The notes below the pieces were generated by a model. That model did no database searches and was not told the origin of the DNA. It worked only from the letters and a program-made list of their open reading frames with translations. From Octopus vulgaris (Eukaryota): 64,000 nucleotides of DNA. A program made the translations under genes and the position numbers. Shown here one piece after another: positions 37,768 to 52,579 of this stretch; the first letter of the stretch is position 1; every line of letters starts with the position of its first letter. Location of the stretch: positions 188,790,001 to 188,854,000 of the forward strand of contig OX597814.1 in the NCBI GenBank assembly GCA_951406725.2, in the 5' to 3' direction.

Positions 37768-38324
37768 ACAAACAAAAAAAAACTGCAATCCAATATTCAT
37801 ACAGAATGAACAAAAAAGAAGCAAAAAAAAACTAAAACAAAAACAAATAATATATTTTTTCTTTCATCTTTCATAGTCCAATTATTTGGGTATGTTCACA
37901 TAAGAATGAAGTCCTGGAAATGTCGTGTGTTAGTAGTTACTTTGGTTATTAGCTGAGCAGCGCGAAGCATTATTAACCAATTAGCTCCTTTTACGAAATA
38001 ATTCACTATGTTACATTGGATGGTCGTATAAGAAGTATTTATTTGATTAAAGTATGTAGATGTTGGATAATTAACTGGAGAAAAAAAATAAACATACAAA
38101 TGATTATCGTGGAAGTTATGCGTAAAAATAAAAATAATAAAGAGAACCGGCATCAGCAGCAGCAGCAACTGTAGCCGCAGCGGTAGCAATATCAGAAACA
38201 GCAGCAGCAAGGCAGCAATAATAGTAGCAGCAACAGTCGTGGTAGTAGTAGTAGTTGTATATCTTTGAAATGAAGAATTCTGCGATAAACTATTTGATAT
38301 TTTTGTCAATATTCAAAGACGTTA

Positions 38325-38862
38325 AAGCGGCGAGCTGGCAGAATCGTTAGCGCGCCGTGCGAAATAGTGGTATTTCGTCTGCTGCTACGTTCTGAGTTCA
38401 TATTCCGCCGAGGTCGACTTTGCCTTTCATCCTTTCAGTATCGAAAAATTAAGTACCAGTGAAACACTGGGATCGATGTAATCGACTCATCCCACCCCAC
38501 AAAAATGGCTGCCTTTGTGGAAAAATTTGAAGCCATTATTATTATTAGTATGAAGGCGGCGAGCTGGCGGAATTGTTAGCACACCGGGCGAAATGCGTAG
38601 CCGTATTTCGTCTGCCGTTACGTTCTGACTTCAAATTCCACCGAGGTCGACTTTGCCTTCCATCCTTTCGGGGTCGATAAATTAAGTACCAGTTACGCAC
38701 TGGGGTCGATGTAATCGACTTAATCCCTTTGTCTGACCTAGTTTGTCTCCTCTGTGTTTGGCCCCTTGTGGGTAGTAAAGAAATAGGTATTTCGTGCGTC
38801 TTTACGCTCTGATGTTCGAATTCCGCCGAAGTCGACTTTGCCTTCCAACCTTTCAGTGTCGG
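38325..38862 (+). mobile_element. Adjacent SINE B2 and SINE B copies
   Basis: Two heads (about 38325 and 38552); second copy has a partial second body unit. Confidence 0.85.
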
Positions 38863-38884
38863 TAACTCTCTCTCTCTCTTTCTC

Positions 38885-39262
38885 TCTCTCTTACCTGTTT
38901 CAGCCATTTGACTGCGGCCATCCTGGAGCACCGCCTTTAGTCGAGAAAATCGACCCCAGGACTTATTCTTTGTAAGCCTAGCACTTATTCTATCGGTCTC
39001 TTTTGCTGAACCGCTAAGTTATGGGGACGTAAACATACAACCATCGGTTGTCAAGCGATGTTGGGGGACAAAGACACACAAACATATACACACACATACA
39101 TATATACGACGGGCTTCTTTCAGTTTCCGTCTACCAAATCCACTCACAAGGCTTTGGTCGGGCCGAAGCTATAGTAGAAGACACTTGCCCAAGGTGCCAC
39201 GCAGTGGGAATGAACCCGGAACCATGTGGTTGGTAAGCAAGCTACTTATCACACAGCCACTC
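38885..39262 (-). mobile_element. SINE family A
   Basis: Family match. Confidence 0.85.
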
Positions 39263-39553
39263 ATGCATCAGCTGAGGTCGCTGTAATTGATTTATCCTCT
39301 CTCCTAAATTCTGAAATTCCTGGCTTTGTAACAAAACTTAACATCAATATTAGAAGACGTTCATTTTCTCTTTCACATTGTTTTTGTTTCTTCATGTATT
39401 CTCTCTATGGTCTGTCTTCATCTCCACTTCTTTGACCTTTAGTTTTCTCCTCATTTATCCTCTCCTTTCTACATGAATGCAACTGAGAATAAAGTCAGTT
39501 ACACTATGATGAATTATTTCTGAAATATATGGGGGAATATCGTTAAGAAATTC

Positions 39554-39730
39554 ATCGCTAGCCACTAAACCTTTTTTTATTTTCTCTCTCTGTTTGCTTC
39601 TGTGTTCCTTTCTGTCGAAGTGCGTAGGCCCGAAACATAAAAAGCTTTCTCTCTTTCCAAGCGTTAAACTAATATATCTGTTTGTTGTTTACACACCCGT
39701 CTTCGTCTTTTGTGCTTTTGTAAATTCGCA
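39554..39730 (+). mobile_element. Family H element copy 3 (motif 39608-39644), diverged
   Basis: cttt CTGTCGA agtgcgtaggccc GAAA ca TA aaaa. Confidence 0.75.
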
Positions 39731-40372
39731 TTTCACAATTACGTCGTTTGGAGTTATTCTTGAATAATGGTTTTCTGTAGCCTTTGGACGAAACGATGTT
39801 TTGTGAGTGAAATTAGTAGACAAAAACCAAGTTGTGTTCATTTAGTAAACTTAGAAGATGGCGAGCTGGCAAAATCATTATCATGCTGACGAAAATGCTT
39901 AGCGGCCTTATTTTCTGATTTCCAGCCAATTTCTGGGGTCAATGTAATTTATCAACCCGGCCATGAAATTGCTGGACTTAAGCCCAAATTTGTAACCATT
40001 TTATATTTTATTTTACTTTCGCATGTGACTAGTATATAATACATGGACTACTTAGAATATGTCGTACATCAGATTTGTATACTATTCCATAACAGTCTAC
40101 GTGATTTCATTCTCTTACACTCATTTTTCACCAGTCTCCAATGCTTCTATTACTTATTTTCGACGGCTTTAACAAATATGTAAGCTGATAAGCAAATATA
40201 CGTATACATACTATAAAAGAATGTCTGAAGTAATTAGGAGAGTATCTTATATTCTTCGTCTGTTATTTTCACAGTTTGAACAATTGTTTAAATATAGACG
40301 AGAATTGATGCATAGAAATATGAAATATATTTTAATTACTAGCTAAGATTGTTTTCGTATAAACAATACGAC

Positions 40373-40375
<3 letters not shown>

Positions 40376-40437
<62 letters not shown>

Positions 40438-40563
40438 GTAAGTATGTATGTAAGTATGTATGTATGTATGTATGTATGTATATATATATGTATTATGTAT
40501 GTATGTATATATATATGTATTATGTATGTATGTATATATATATATATATATATATACGTATAT

Positions 40564-40630
<67 letters not shown>

Positions 40631-40664
40631 TATATGTGTATTCATTTATATATATATATATGTA

Positions 40665-40700
<36 letters not shown>
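40376..40700. repeat. (TA)n/(TATG)n microsatellite
   Basis: Direct read. Confidence 0.95.
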
Positions 40701-40708
<8 letters not shown>

Positions 40709-41995
40709 AACATACAAACACAAGCACACACGTGTGCGCGCGTGTGTGTATTTACATATGTATGCATGCGAACAATAGTTGCAACAGAAATGGAATATTT
40801 TGCAATCATTCATATTCGGTATAATTTATTTACTTCCGGCGTCTTAAGGGACGAAATAAATTCTCAATCACTCGTCTGATGTTTTCTTCATAAACATAAA
40901 AGTTTGTGTCCATATTTCAAATGCAGGAATGGAGACTTCCTTCGTCATGATGGAAAGCTCCTTTGCTTAGACCGGAAACACTATAGGGGCGTTTGGCGTA
41001 ATTTTTACTCCCAAATCACTATTCAAACAAATAAGCCAATTAACATACGTGTATGTATTCATATATATATAGAGAGAGTGAAGGATGAAGAGACATAGGC
41101 AAAACAACCTATATTTTGTCGAACTAATGGATATGGCTTAAATCTGTGTGGCTATAAATAAAGACATATATATATATACCTATATATGAATACACGCTCA
41201 TACAAACTTACACACACACACACGCACATACACACACATATATATATACGTACATACATATATAATATATATGTGTGTTTTTGTATATAATATATATGTG
41301 TGTTTTTGTGTGTGTGTGTATGTGTGCACGAATATAATTAGACAGCACCGTTTAGCATGTTTGACAAGCACTTTAGACTGTAATAGTTTTAAGTTACAAG
41401 TTTTTTTTTGTGAAATTTGCAAAGAAATTGATTTAGCTCTTGTTTACGGTTACCATCAACAATTAGCTTTTTATCTATATAACACAGAAGACAGATGGGA
41501 GAATCCTTTAGAGAATACATTCAGGAGAATTTCTCTAGCGTTAAGCTTTGCAATAAATTAACCCAAAGCATGTAGAGCAAAGCAGTTGCCAAATAACATC
41601 GAAAATATCTTTAAGTGAAACGCTAGTAATTTCAGCTTTGGCTGTTAAGGTTTCACTTTTAAACAACGAAGTATCTAACCTTAAAATACTGCTCCCCCTC
41701 TCCTTTGCTATTTCCGTCATTGCTAACGCCAAATAACAACCACTAAAGTGAATATGGAACTGTATTTTCGTTGTAATGATAATTATATTTTCGAGTTGTT
41801 AAATGAAGGTTGTTAAATGCAGAATTTAACAATACATGGATAGCAAAATTCTAACAAATGTTTTCTCTCTTTTTTGGCTATAGAAATCACATATAATATA
41901 AATTGTTTTTTCTCTCTCCCTCGCTCTCTCTCTACCTACCTATCTACCTGGCAGCATCTCTGTCTGTCTAACTGTTTTTTCTTTCTTTCTATCTG

Positions 41996-42031
<36 letters not shown>

Positions 42032-42801
42032 CCTATCTATCTGTCTGTCTAGTTAGAACTTCACTCGTTGTTGAAAGAATTCAAATAATTAAAAAGAGTA
42101 ACATATATACATATATATACACAAGATGATATGGAGCCCAACTAGATTTGAACGCAGAATGTAAAGGTGGTAAGAATGAGTATAAGATATTTGTGTAGGC
42201 CAAACCAGACTGTCACCAATTGCCTATAGTTGGCAGTTTCTTTTTAGCGTGTAACCATATTCCTTGCAATATCTCGTTGATACACGTTTTGATCGGATTT
42301 CAAATCTTATCCTTCCGACATCGATGAGCTACAAGTTAAGTTCCGGGCGCGATTAAATTAGCGCCAGGATATCAGGTCTTTTTCTTTTGTTACAAATAAT
42401 GTTTGTTATATTATTAGTTGTTACCACATGAACGAAACCACAGATTTGAGAGCAGGATTTAGTCGATTCATCTTGGATTGATATATGTATTTTATCGACC
42501 TTAAAATGAATGTTGATCTCGGTGGTATTTGAATTCATCGTCCAAAGTTAAATTACAAAGCAATTAGTTTTGCGTTCTACAGATTCTAACAAGTCACCGT
42601 CTTTGTTCAATCTATAATATAATAATGATATTTATAATAACAATGTTGATATTGTGATGACTTGTATGTTCATTCTTAATGTGTTCCGGCTGATTCGAAC
42701 ATGAATGTGCTAATTGCTATTGTGTTTCATCACTGGAGAATATTTTCTCCTTTCAGTCAAATGGATGTTCATAACGTAATCGATTCATCAGCGTAAGGAG
42801 A

Positions 42802-42849
42802 CTTTGAGACACACGGTGTTTCGACATCGATGTATCTCGTCAGGGAAAG
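42802..42849 (-). ncRNA. Hammerhead-like motif, canonical core but broken stem I
   Basis: Minus strand: ctttcc CTGACGA gatacatcgatgtc GAAA caccgtgtg TC tcaaag. Confidence 0.4.
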
Positions 42850-44431
42850 ACACTCTGGGCTAATGAATCTAACAAGAGATTTCTGTTCTTGGTTATAACG
42901 TCAGTAAAGTAATTATTAAGGTAGTGAGCTAGCAGAATTGTTATTACATTTCTTAACGGCATTTCTTTCGAGTTTTTACGTTCTGTGTTCAGATATTGTT
43001 GAGATCAAATTTACTCACTATCCTTTCGGGAGCAATAAAATAAAGTACCAATCAATTATTTGGTCAATTTAATCAATTGACCCCTCCCCACAAAATGTTA
43101 GGCGTGGTGCCTATAGTAGTAAGAATCATTTATCTGGAACCAAAGCACAGTAGTAATTAGTCTTTGGTTGACATCTGACTCCAATACAATGGAACGGCTC
43201 TGTGTGTTGCAGAGAATACTTTATTGCATTTGAATGCGTATGGTTCGCTGAATTTATTTTAAAAGCAATACACAACAGAACGACAGACTGCCTTAGCTAT
43301 ACTTAGTTACATCCCTTTACGTTCTGAGTTCAAATCCTAACGGCGCCGATTTCGGGCTGCCACCTACGGCGATTGACAAAATAAAAGTAGCAGTAAAAAT
43401 AAAGGCTTTGACTTAATTCACTATAACCCTTTACCAAAATGTGATGGGTTTGTGACAAGGCTAGACATATTCGTTTTACAGTTTCTCTGATAAAATTATG
43501 TAATCTTACACATCCCATTCTTTGCTGTCCCGAGAGAAGTAAGTCATACAACACCATAAAATAAAACAATCTTAACGCATATTTATTTACAATAGTTTTA
43601 TTATCAGTCTGCTTCTTTTTAGAGAGAGAAGAGAAAGAAGTTAGAGAGTACCGTGCAGAGTGAGAAACAAAATACGAAGAGAACAAGAAGAAAAGCAACA
43701 AAAATTTGGAGGAGAACAGCGGGAGTTGATACAGAAAGATTGGGTGGTATGAATTCTAATTCAATAAAAAGAATCCCGCCCAAGGCGCTGACACTGTTTG
43801 TATATTCAGCCTATTTACATATATTTTTATTTCTCATACATAGAAATGTAATAATCTAATAACAGTTTAATCTTTTTAATTCGATAAATTAATTGTTGAA
43901 TTGTTTGACTTAAGAATCATACAATAAAATGTAATATACTATCAAAATTATTACAACGAAATTAGTTGGCAGAGGTTATCCCCCACTGTTATTTCTATAA
44001 ATAAGAAAACAATGACGAAATTTAAGCTGGTCTGAAAAAAATAACCGAATTGTAGTCTGTAGAGAAAAATGCAAAGGGCATTATAATAAAAGAAAATATT
44101 CGATGACATCACAGAAGTATAGAATTCTATTCGAGATGGGAATAACGGGTGTGAAGAAGTAAATACTATAAACCAAACACTCGACTGCCTAGCAATATAA
44201 ATGCGATTACGAGTCTCAAATGGTTTTCACATTACGTTTATTCATTCGCACATACACATTTGCGCGCGTGCACACACACACACACATTCACACACACACA
44301 CATGCAAATAGAAACTGAAACATACACGCATATATAAAAAATTGACGATGGCCAGAACAGACAAATGTCGATATCTGTCGTTCACGTTCACTTACGGAGT
44401 TATCTTGTTTCACCTTGCTTTGAGATATATA

Positions 44432-44834
44432 CTCTCTTTTACTCTTTTACTTGTTTCAGTCATTTGACTGCGGTCATGCTGGAGCACCGCCTTTAGTCGA
44501 GCAAATCGACCCCAGAACTTATTCTTTGTAAGCCCAGTACTTATTCTATCGGTCTCTTTTGCCGAACCGCTAAGAGACGGGGGACGTAAACACACCACCA
44601 TCGGTTGTCAAGCGATGCTAGGGGGGCAAACACAGACACACAAACACACACACATACATATATATACATATATACGACAGGCTTCTTTCAGTTTCCGTCT
44701 ACCAAATCCACTCACAAGGCATTGGTCGACCTGGGGCTAAAGCAGAAGACACTTGCCCAAGTGCCACGCAGTGGGACTGAACCCGGAACCATGTGGTTGG
44801 TAAGCAAGCTACTTACCACACAGCCACTCCTTCG

Positions 44835-44837
<3 letters not shown>
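44432..44837 (-). mobile_element. SINE family A
   Basis: Family match. Confidence 0.88.
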
Positions 44838-44870
<33 letters not shown>

Positions 44871-45131
44871 TATATATATTAACACTAAACGCCTCTAAAG
44901 GCACCTCATACGAAATAATACATCTACTAGCATTTAGCATCACACATATATTAAGAATGTGATACTGATAATGTCTACTTAATTCATCTACTTATAAAAA
45001 CATCAAAATTTGAATTCAAACACACACACACACACATATTTATGACACTGGAGAGAGTAGCATTAAATTTCTACGTTGTTCACTTTTTCTCATGAGATCA
45101 GTGGGCCGATTGAGTAAACCGACCGCTAACA

Positions 45132-45207
<76 letters not shown>

Positions 45208-45341
45208 CCCTGAGGGTATCAGTTTTATCAATGAAGGTACGAAATTGCGTTTGACACTCTGGCCGATAACGGATTAGGATTTGGTGACCTTCTGTGTCTG
45301 CTTCCCGTTTATTTGTGGAAATATTATAGGTGTTTTTTAGC

Positions 45342-45395
<54 letters not shown>

Positions 45396-45453
45396 TATAA
45401 TATAAATTATATATATATGCATATATACATACGTATATGCACATACTTACATC

Positions 45454-45529
<76 letters not shown>

Positions 45530-46174
45530 GTGTGTGTGTGCATATGTGGGCACAGGATGTCATGAAACCTGTAGAACGAAAAAGTACGAAGCACAAATAC
45601 ATGAAACATGAACTATTCTTTCGAATAACGAAAGACACAAATGGAAACAAAAAGCAAATATAATGAACGACCCTTCATCAGTTGTTGGCTGTTTCTCTAG
45701 TCTCGTATTTCGAGCATTTAACAACAATATACGCTTTCGATAAAACAGTAGCTGCCGCAAAACAAATTAAACAAAATTTGGGATTTTGCAGAGGATCAAA
45801 ATAAGTAACACAAACAGGACAGCAAAAACAAATAGGAAGGGCTGCTAAGCCTAAGCGATCTTGTGGTGGCGAATGCGTAAATCAAGCTAGGACAAGAGAC
45901 AAACAAGAACACGTCTTTCTTGTTCCAGCTACAACAGAAAGAAAGAAAAATGTCCGATGGTCAAGTGGGAGCCATGTGAGCAAGAGTGGAAGAGTGAAGG
46001 AGAGAGTGACAGAGTAATAGGGTAGAATAGTGGGAGAAGAGGAGGTAAAAGTATAAGAGAGAGAAATACGAAGGAGCAAAAGGATAGTATAGAGTGTGCA
46101 TTAGAATTATTAAGATAAAATTTACTTGGAAGAGGATGCGTGGCGTTAAATAATATAATATGTTGATATGTATT

Positions 46175-46385
46175 AAGGCGGCGAACTGATAGAATCGTTA
46201 GCATACCGGGAAAAATGCTTAGCAGCGTTTCGTTCGTCTTTACATTCTGAGTTCAAATTCCGCCAAAGTGTTCATCATTTCGAGGTCATGGAATTAAATA
46301 TCAGTTGAACATGGGAGTCGATATAATCAACTTACTCCTACACCTCCAAACTTGCTGGTCGTGTGCAAAAATTTGAAACCAATAT
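46175..46385 (+). mobile_element. SINE B2, diverged
   Basis: AAGGCGGCGAACTG..GAGTTCAAATTCCGCC..TTTGAAACCAATAT. Confidence 0.7.
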
Positions 46386-46394
46386 AGTGAAATG

Positions 46395-46700
46395 TGTGGA
46401 GGCACATGGCCTAGTAGTTAGAGCAGCGGACTCTCGGTCGAGGGATCGCAGGTTCGAATCTCAGACCTGGCGATGTGTGTGTTTATGAGCGAAAGACCTA
46501 AGCTACACGCGGCTACGGCAGAAGGTAATGGCGAACTTCTGCGATTCTTTTGCCACAACTTTCTCTCACTCTTTCCTCCTGCATCTTGAAGCTCACCTGC
46601 GACGGACTGGCGTCTCGTCCAGGTGGGGAACCTATACACCAAGTAAACCGGGAAACCGGCCCTTATGAGCCAGGCATGGCTCGAGTAGGAACATACAACA
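46395..46700 (+). mobile_element. tRNA-derived SINE (head C, body C1)
   Basis: A-box TGGCCTAGTAG, B-box GGTTCGAATC; matches 17812-18116. Confidence 0.8.
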
Positions 46701-47009
46701 AAGCAATATTGAAATGTATTATTTGAAGCACTCAAATTGTTGCATTTCACTGTAAATCTAGGAAGTAGTTTAGCTCTGATTCGTTCCTCTCTCTTTACAG
46801 AGTTACACACACACACACACACGTACACACAGGCATACACTTACACAAAAGCACACACGTGTGCGCACAATCATATAGCGATACATACACATACAGAAAG
46901 CAAGAAAGCGGTATAAACACAGTAGTCGATTGGTTGGTATCAACCCTTTAAAGTAGTGCCCCAGCATGACCGCAATCCACGGCTTGAAAAATGTATAATT
47001 ATTTGTGGA

Positions 47010-47416
47010 TGTGTGGTAGGTGGCTTGCTTGACAACCACATGGTTCCGGGTTCAGTCCCACTGCCTGGCACCCTGGGCAAGTGTCTTCTACTATAGCCTC
47101 GGACCGACCAAAGACTTGTGAGAGGATTTGTTAGACGGAAACTGAAAGAAGCCCACCGTATACATGTATATATATATGTTTGTGTGTGTGTGTGTATGTG
47201 TGTATGTTTGTGTATCTGTGTTTGCTCCCCCCCCCCCCCCAACATCGCTTGACAACCGATGCTGGAGTGTTTACGTCCTCGTAAATTAGCGGTTCGGCAA
47301 AAGAGACCGATAGAATAAGTACTAGGCTTACAAAGAATAAGTCCTGGCGTCGATTTGCTCGACCTAAGGTGGTGTTCCAGCATGGCCGCAGTCAAATGAC
47401 TGAAACAAGTAAAAGA
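47010..47416 (+). mobile_element. SINE family A
   Basis: Family match. Confidence 0.85.
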
Positions 47417-49048
47417 TATATATATATATATCATGTATGTATGTATCGTCATAGGCGTGTGTGCATGTATATACATGTGTATATGCTTTTTGTACGCATC
47501 ACATTTTTACCCAATATGTAAGGTTTTTTTTTTCTAGTAAAAGTTACATACTTTTAAAAACTTTTTTGTTTCTTCTAGATTAGAATTCACGCCTAAATGA
47601 TTATTTAAAAAGGTAGCAATCCTCTCGTATCTTCCTTCTAGTTTCATCCCCACCACCAAACATTTCATTGAATAATATCTAAAGTAAAAAAAAAGATAAA
47701 GAAAAAAAACACACCAAACAAATGAAATAAAAATAAACGAAAAAACATAAATGAATGGTTTTGTTTTATTACACTAAAATCTAATTACTTCTCAGAACCA
47801 TAAGCCTTGAGATTAAAATACTGAATTGCTTGCAGTTTTCCATTTTAATACAAAAAATAAAATAAAATAAAAAATAAAGAAAGAAACAAGCAAAAATCGT
47901 AATAAAAAAATAAACAAACCATATCAATTCCGAACCTGAAACGTTTGATTAGCAACAGATGCTAACCGAAACTACGTATTTTCTTACTTCTCAATTTTAC
48001 TCTCTCTCTCTGTCTGTCTGTCTCTCTCTTTCTCTGTCTCTCTCTCTCTGTCTGTCTCTCTCTGTCTCCATCTCTGTCTGTCTGTCTCTCTCACTTTTCC
48101 TCCCTATCTTCCTTTCTCCCTATCATTCTCACTTTTCCTCTAAATGTTCCCTCTTCGTTCCCCCATCTCTCTCTCTTTCTTTCCTCCGTTCTGTGTTTCG
48201 TTCTTTCCTTCCTTTGTACTTTTCTTCACCGTCTTTCTCTTTTCTTTGTTTCTGATGATTTTAGTCATCTTTTCCTTCCTTCTGTCTCTCTTTTCCTTCC
48301 TTTCTTTTTCTTTATCTCTTACCCTCTCTCACTTTCTCCTTCTCTTTCATTCTTTTCCTTTATCTTTCATCGCCTCCCTTTTTATATTCTTCCCCCTTTA
48401 TCATTTCTCTCTTTCTCTCTTTATTTTTTCATCCTTCTTTTCCTTTCACCTTATCAGCCGGTCTTTACGCCACTCCCGCCATTTCTCTAATCAAGGACAT
48501 CGTGTACAAACGCGATGTTCTTAATTTATCTTGATTTCTGCATTTATTTATGAATCAGTTTCTTTGTGATGATAGCTATAAATGTTTTTAAACCGGTGTA
48601 TCCAAGTGAGGATTAAGTCGGCAAGTCATATTGCGTCATTTGTCTGACATCATTTTCCCATTTATCCACTAACGTGCGATTAACTTTCTGAAAGTCTATA
48701 TTAGTATCTTAATTGTGTTCACATGGCTATGTAAAAGGAATGATGGTTATGAGGAGAATATGCGGAATAGAGGAATGAAACAAGTCAGCTATGCTCCGCC
48801 ATTTTAAAATTCCTGTATATTTATAAATCTTGATCCTTTAACAACAGTCGCGTAAAAATGATAAGGATACATTATTTTTAATTAAAAAAATGAAAAATAA
48901 ACAAAATGTTGTTCTATCGATTGGCAGAACCGTTAGAACGTCAAACAAAATGCCACAGTATTTATTTAGTTACAGCCTTTTCCCTCCGGTGTTCAAATTC
49001 TACTGTGGACAGCTTTTGCTTTTCATTATCTTCATAGTCGATAAAATA

Positions 49049-49614
49049 TTGGGTTGTCCGGAAAGTTCGTGCCGATTTTTAAAGGAAAGAAAAAGGTCAA
49101 TAAATACTTGCCATTACATTTCTAATCAACCAAATATGAACCATTTTGTTGCACAATGCGTCTCCATCTTTCCTTTAACTTGAAAATACCCTCTTCCCAG
49201 AATTGAGGTGGTTTCATGGCAAAGGATTCATCAAGCTGTCTTTTTACGTCATCCAAGGAATTGAAATTTTTACCATTAAGACTATTCTGTAGAGACCTGA
49301 ATAAGTGGAAATCCGAAGGAGCAATATCTGATGAATATGGAAGGTGATGTAACACATCCCAGCCAAGCTGCAGCAATTTTTGTCTGGTTCCCAAAGCATC
49401 AAGTGCCGAAAATGAACTTTCTTATCTTCCATTTTAAATGGTTACAAAGTTAACACAGATTATAGGAACATAAATCTTATTCCACGAAAAGATAGCTTAA
49501 ACAGTACTTTAAATTGAGGTGTAGTGAAATCTTATTTTATGGACTCAACCATGTTCTAAAATAATTCGAAAGGTAAGCTACTAAAAATCGGCACGTCTTT
49601 TCCGAACAACCCAA
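49049..49614 (-). mobile_element. Mariner internal-deletion derivative, inserted into an old B-type SINE
   Basis: TIRs and TA TSD; MEDKKVHFRHLML N-terminus joined to GWDVLHHLPYSSDIAPSDFHLFRSLQN..ERWRRIVQQNGSY C-terminus. Confidence 0.92.
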
Positions 49615-50420
49615 TAGAATTTTCGGCAACGACTGGAGTTGATGTAATATCGTTACAAAACACTCTGAATAAGATCGAATGTAATTAAAATTGAAGAGAA
49701 TATGTTCTGAATTCTTAATAAAAAAGAAAAGGATGTGTTTGTGTAACTGATTGTGGTAGATGGATGGTAGGTACATCTTTAGACAAAATAGCACGTGGCA
49801 TTTAGTTACGTTCCTTTACGTTCAGGATTCAGACTACAACTGCATTACCCTTAATCTTTGCTAGCTTAAAAATTATGCAGTGACGACTTTAGAAACATTT
49901 ACACCAATATGGGCAAAGATCAAGCACCGAAACCAGTAATAGACATGCACATACAAGGAGACAGAGGTGCATACATATACAAATACACGATCACACACAT
50001 ACATAGAAAATACACAAACACGGACATGCAAGCACATGAATATGCAGAATACATGCATACGTATGCACACACATACATACATATATACATATGCATACAT
50101 ACACATAGATACACACATACATACATATGTACATGCATGTATGCAAGGCACACACGCACTCACACACACACATACACACACTGACCCACACACATGCGCA
50201 CAAGCAAACAAAAAGGAACGCAGTGTAAATAAGGGACAGTATCAAGACTATAGCAAAGGTTGCAAGACGCAACGAAAATTTTAGGAAAATAAAAATAAGA
50301 AATAAGTGGAAATTTTACCAGTGAGTGTGTTAAATTGTAAGGTACAAAAAGAAAATGACTCTCCCCAGACAGAACAGAATATGCTTCAACACACGAACTC
50401 ATATAAAGAATTTTGCAAAC

Positions 50421-50759
<339 letters not shown>

Positions 50760-51189
50760 TGTGTGTATGTGTATGTGTGTGTGTGTGTTTGTGTGTAAAT
50801 ATAATTTTGTATTTTTTCCAGGATATTTTCAGTTCTCGCATATTAATTAAGAAGGCCGAATCTATAACTTCGATCCTTCCAACATTACTTCATTAGACAA
50901 AACTCTTTCTTTGCGGTGATTGAAATAGAAACTAGTATGTTACATTTACACACTTGACTGCGCTTGTTATGAAGATGTATCACTTTGGACGAGAATATCT
51001 ATCGTGAGATGATTCTAAGTGACTACAAAGCTCTCAGTTACAACGAAAAATCCTTTTTATTTATGTATCACTCTACATTTCTCTCTTTCAGTCAGTCTGT
51101 CTGTCTCTTTCTCTCTATATCTGTCACTAGAAAACATACTCAGATTTACGCCGCATGTACTCACTCAGAAAAAAATGAAAAACATATAT

Positions 51190-51592
51190 ATTTCTTTACT
51201 GCCCACAAGGGGCTAAACATAGAGGGGACAAACAAGGACAGACATAGGTATTAAGCCGATTACATCGACCCCAGTGCGTAACTGGTACTTAATTTATCGA
51301 CCCCGAAAGGATGAAAGGCAAAGTCTACCTCGGCGGAATTTGAACTCAGAACGTAACGGCAGACGAAATACCTATTTCTTTATTACCCACAAGGGGCTAA
51401 ACACAGAGGGGACAAACAAGGACAGGCATAGGTATTAAGTCGATTATATCGACCTCAGTGCGAAACTGGTACTTTATTTATCGACCCCGAAAGGATGAAA
51501 GGCAAAGTCGACCTCGGCGGAATTTGAACTCAGAACGTAACGGCAGACGAAATACCTCTAAGCATTTCGCCCGGCGTGCTAACGTTTCTGCC
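51190..51592 (-). mobile_element. SINE family B, head + 2 body units
   Basis: Junction GAAATACCTATTTC at about 51365-51378. Confidence 0.88.
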
Positions 51593-52050
51593 AGATACAT
51601 ATAGAGGCACATTGCATGCGCATGCGCGTATACATTCGTATGCACGCAGTGTTGCCGGACGGTTAAGAAGTTCGCTCCGCAGTCATGAGGTCCCGGGATC
51701 CACCCACAGTATAGCATTATGGGTAAATATAATTCAACCCAAAACATAGGGAGTAAAATCAGGAGACGGAAACTGTATGAAACTCAGTCAGAGGTAGTTT
51801 ACTTGTAATTCACTGGACCACACTTGTCACTCAGTGTCACGTTGAGTTTTATATTTTTGACCTCTTAGCAACAGTCACGTGAACATTGTAGTAGTATATA
51901 ATATTTATTTGTTATTAAAAGTATTAAAATTGGTAATTACTTCCAGAGAACAAATTTCTGTGAAATATTCAACCACTCACATGGCAATTCAACGAAATTC
52001 GTTGTAGATCAGTTGATCGAACAAGTGAAAACTCATGGCTGGGAATCTAT

Positions 52051-52107
52051 TGACCAAAGCCTTGTGAGTGGATTTGGTAGATGGAAACTTAAAGAAGCCC
52101 GTCGTAT

Positions 52108-52138
<31 letters not shown>

Positions 52139-52572
52139 GGGGGAGAAAAAAAAAAGCAAAAGACGAAGACAGGTGATGTAGACAACAAACATATGTATTA
52201 GTATAACGCTCGGGAAGTGAAAAAGTATTTAACGTTTCGAGCCTACGTTCTTCCACAGAAAGGAACACAGAAAGAAACAAGGAGAGAATATAAATAATGT
52301 GTAGTGGCTACAGATCTATCATGGTGAATCTGTGTGTGTGTCTGAGTCGGTGTCTTTGTCCGCCATCACTGATTGAAAACCAGTGTTGGTATGTTTACGT
52401 CCCTGTAACTTGGCGGTTCGATAAAAGATGCCAATAGAATAAGTAGTAGGCTTAGAAAAATAAGTCTTGGGGTCGGTTTGTTCGACTAAAACCCTTCAAG
52501 GCGATGCTCCAGTATGGCCACAGTCAATTGACAGAAGCAAGTCAAATGACAGAAGCAAGAAAAAGAATTAAA
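52051..52572 (+). mobile_element. 5'-truncated SINE A interrupted by a family H element
   Basis: SINE halves at 52051-52106 and 52330-52572. Confidence 0.8.
52139..52322 (-). mobile_element. Family H element copy 5 (motif 52228-52262)
   Basis: Sits in the internal (TA)n of SINE A; core CTGTGGA. Confidence 0.8.
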
Positions 52573-52579
52573 GACATAT

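Noticed and set aside
46395-46470. tRNA gene calls for SINE heads
   Set aside because: A/B boxes are present but run into SINE bodies, with no convincing full cloverleaf; they are multi-copy retroposons.
49122-49394. 90-aa mariner ORF as a functional transposase or SETMAR-like gene
   Set aside because: C-terminal remnant only, inside a 566-bp deletion derivative.
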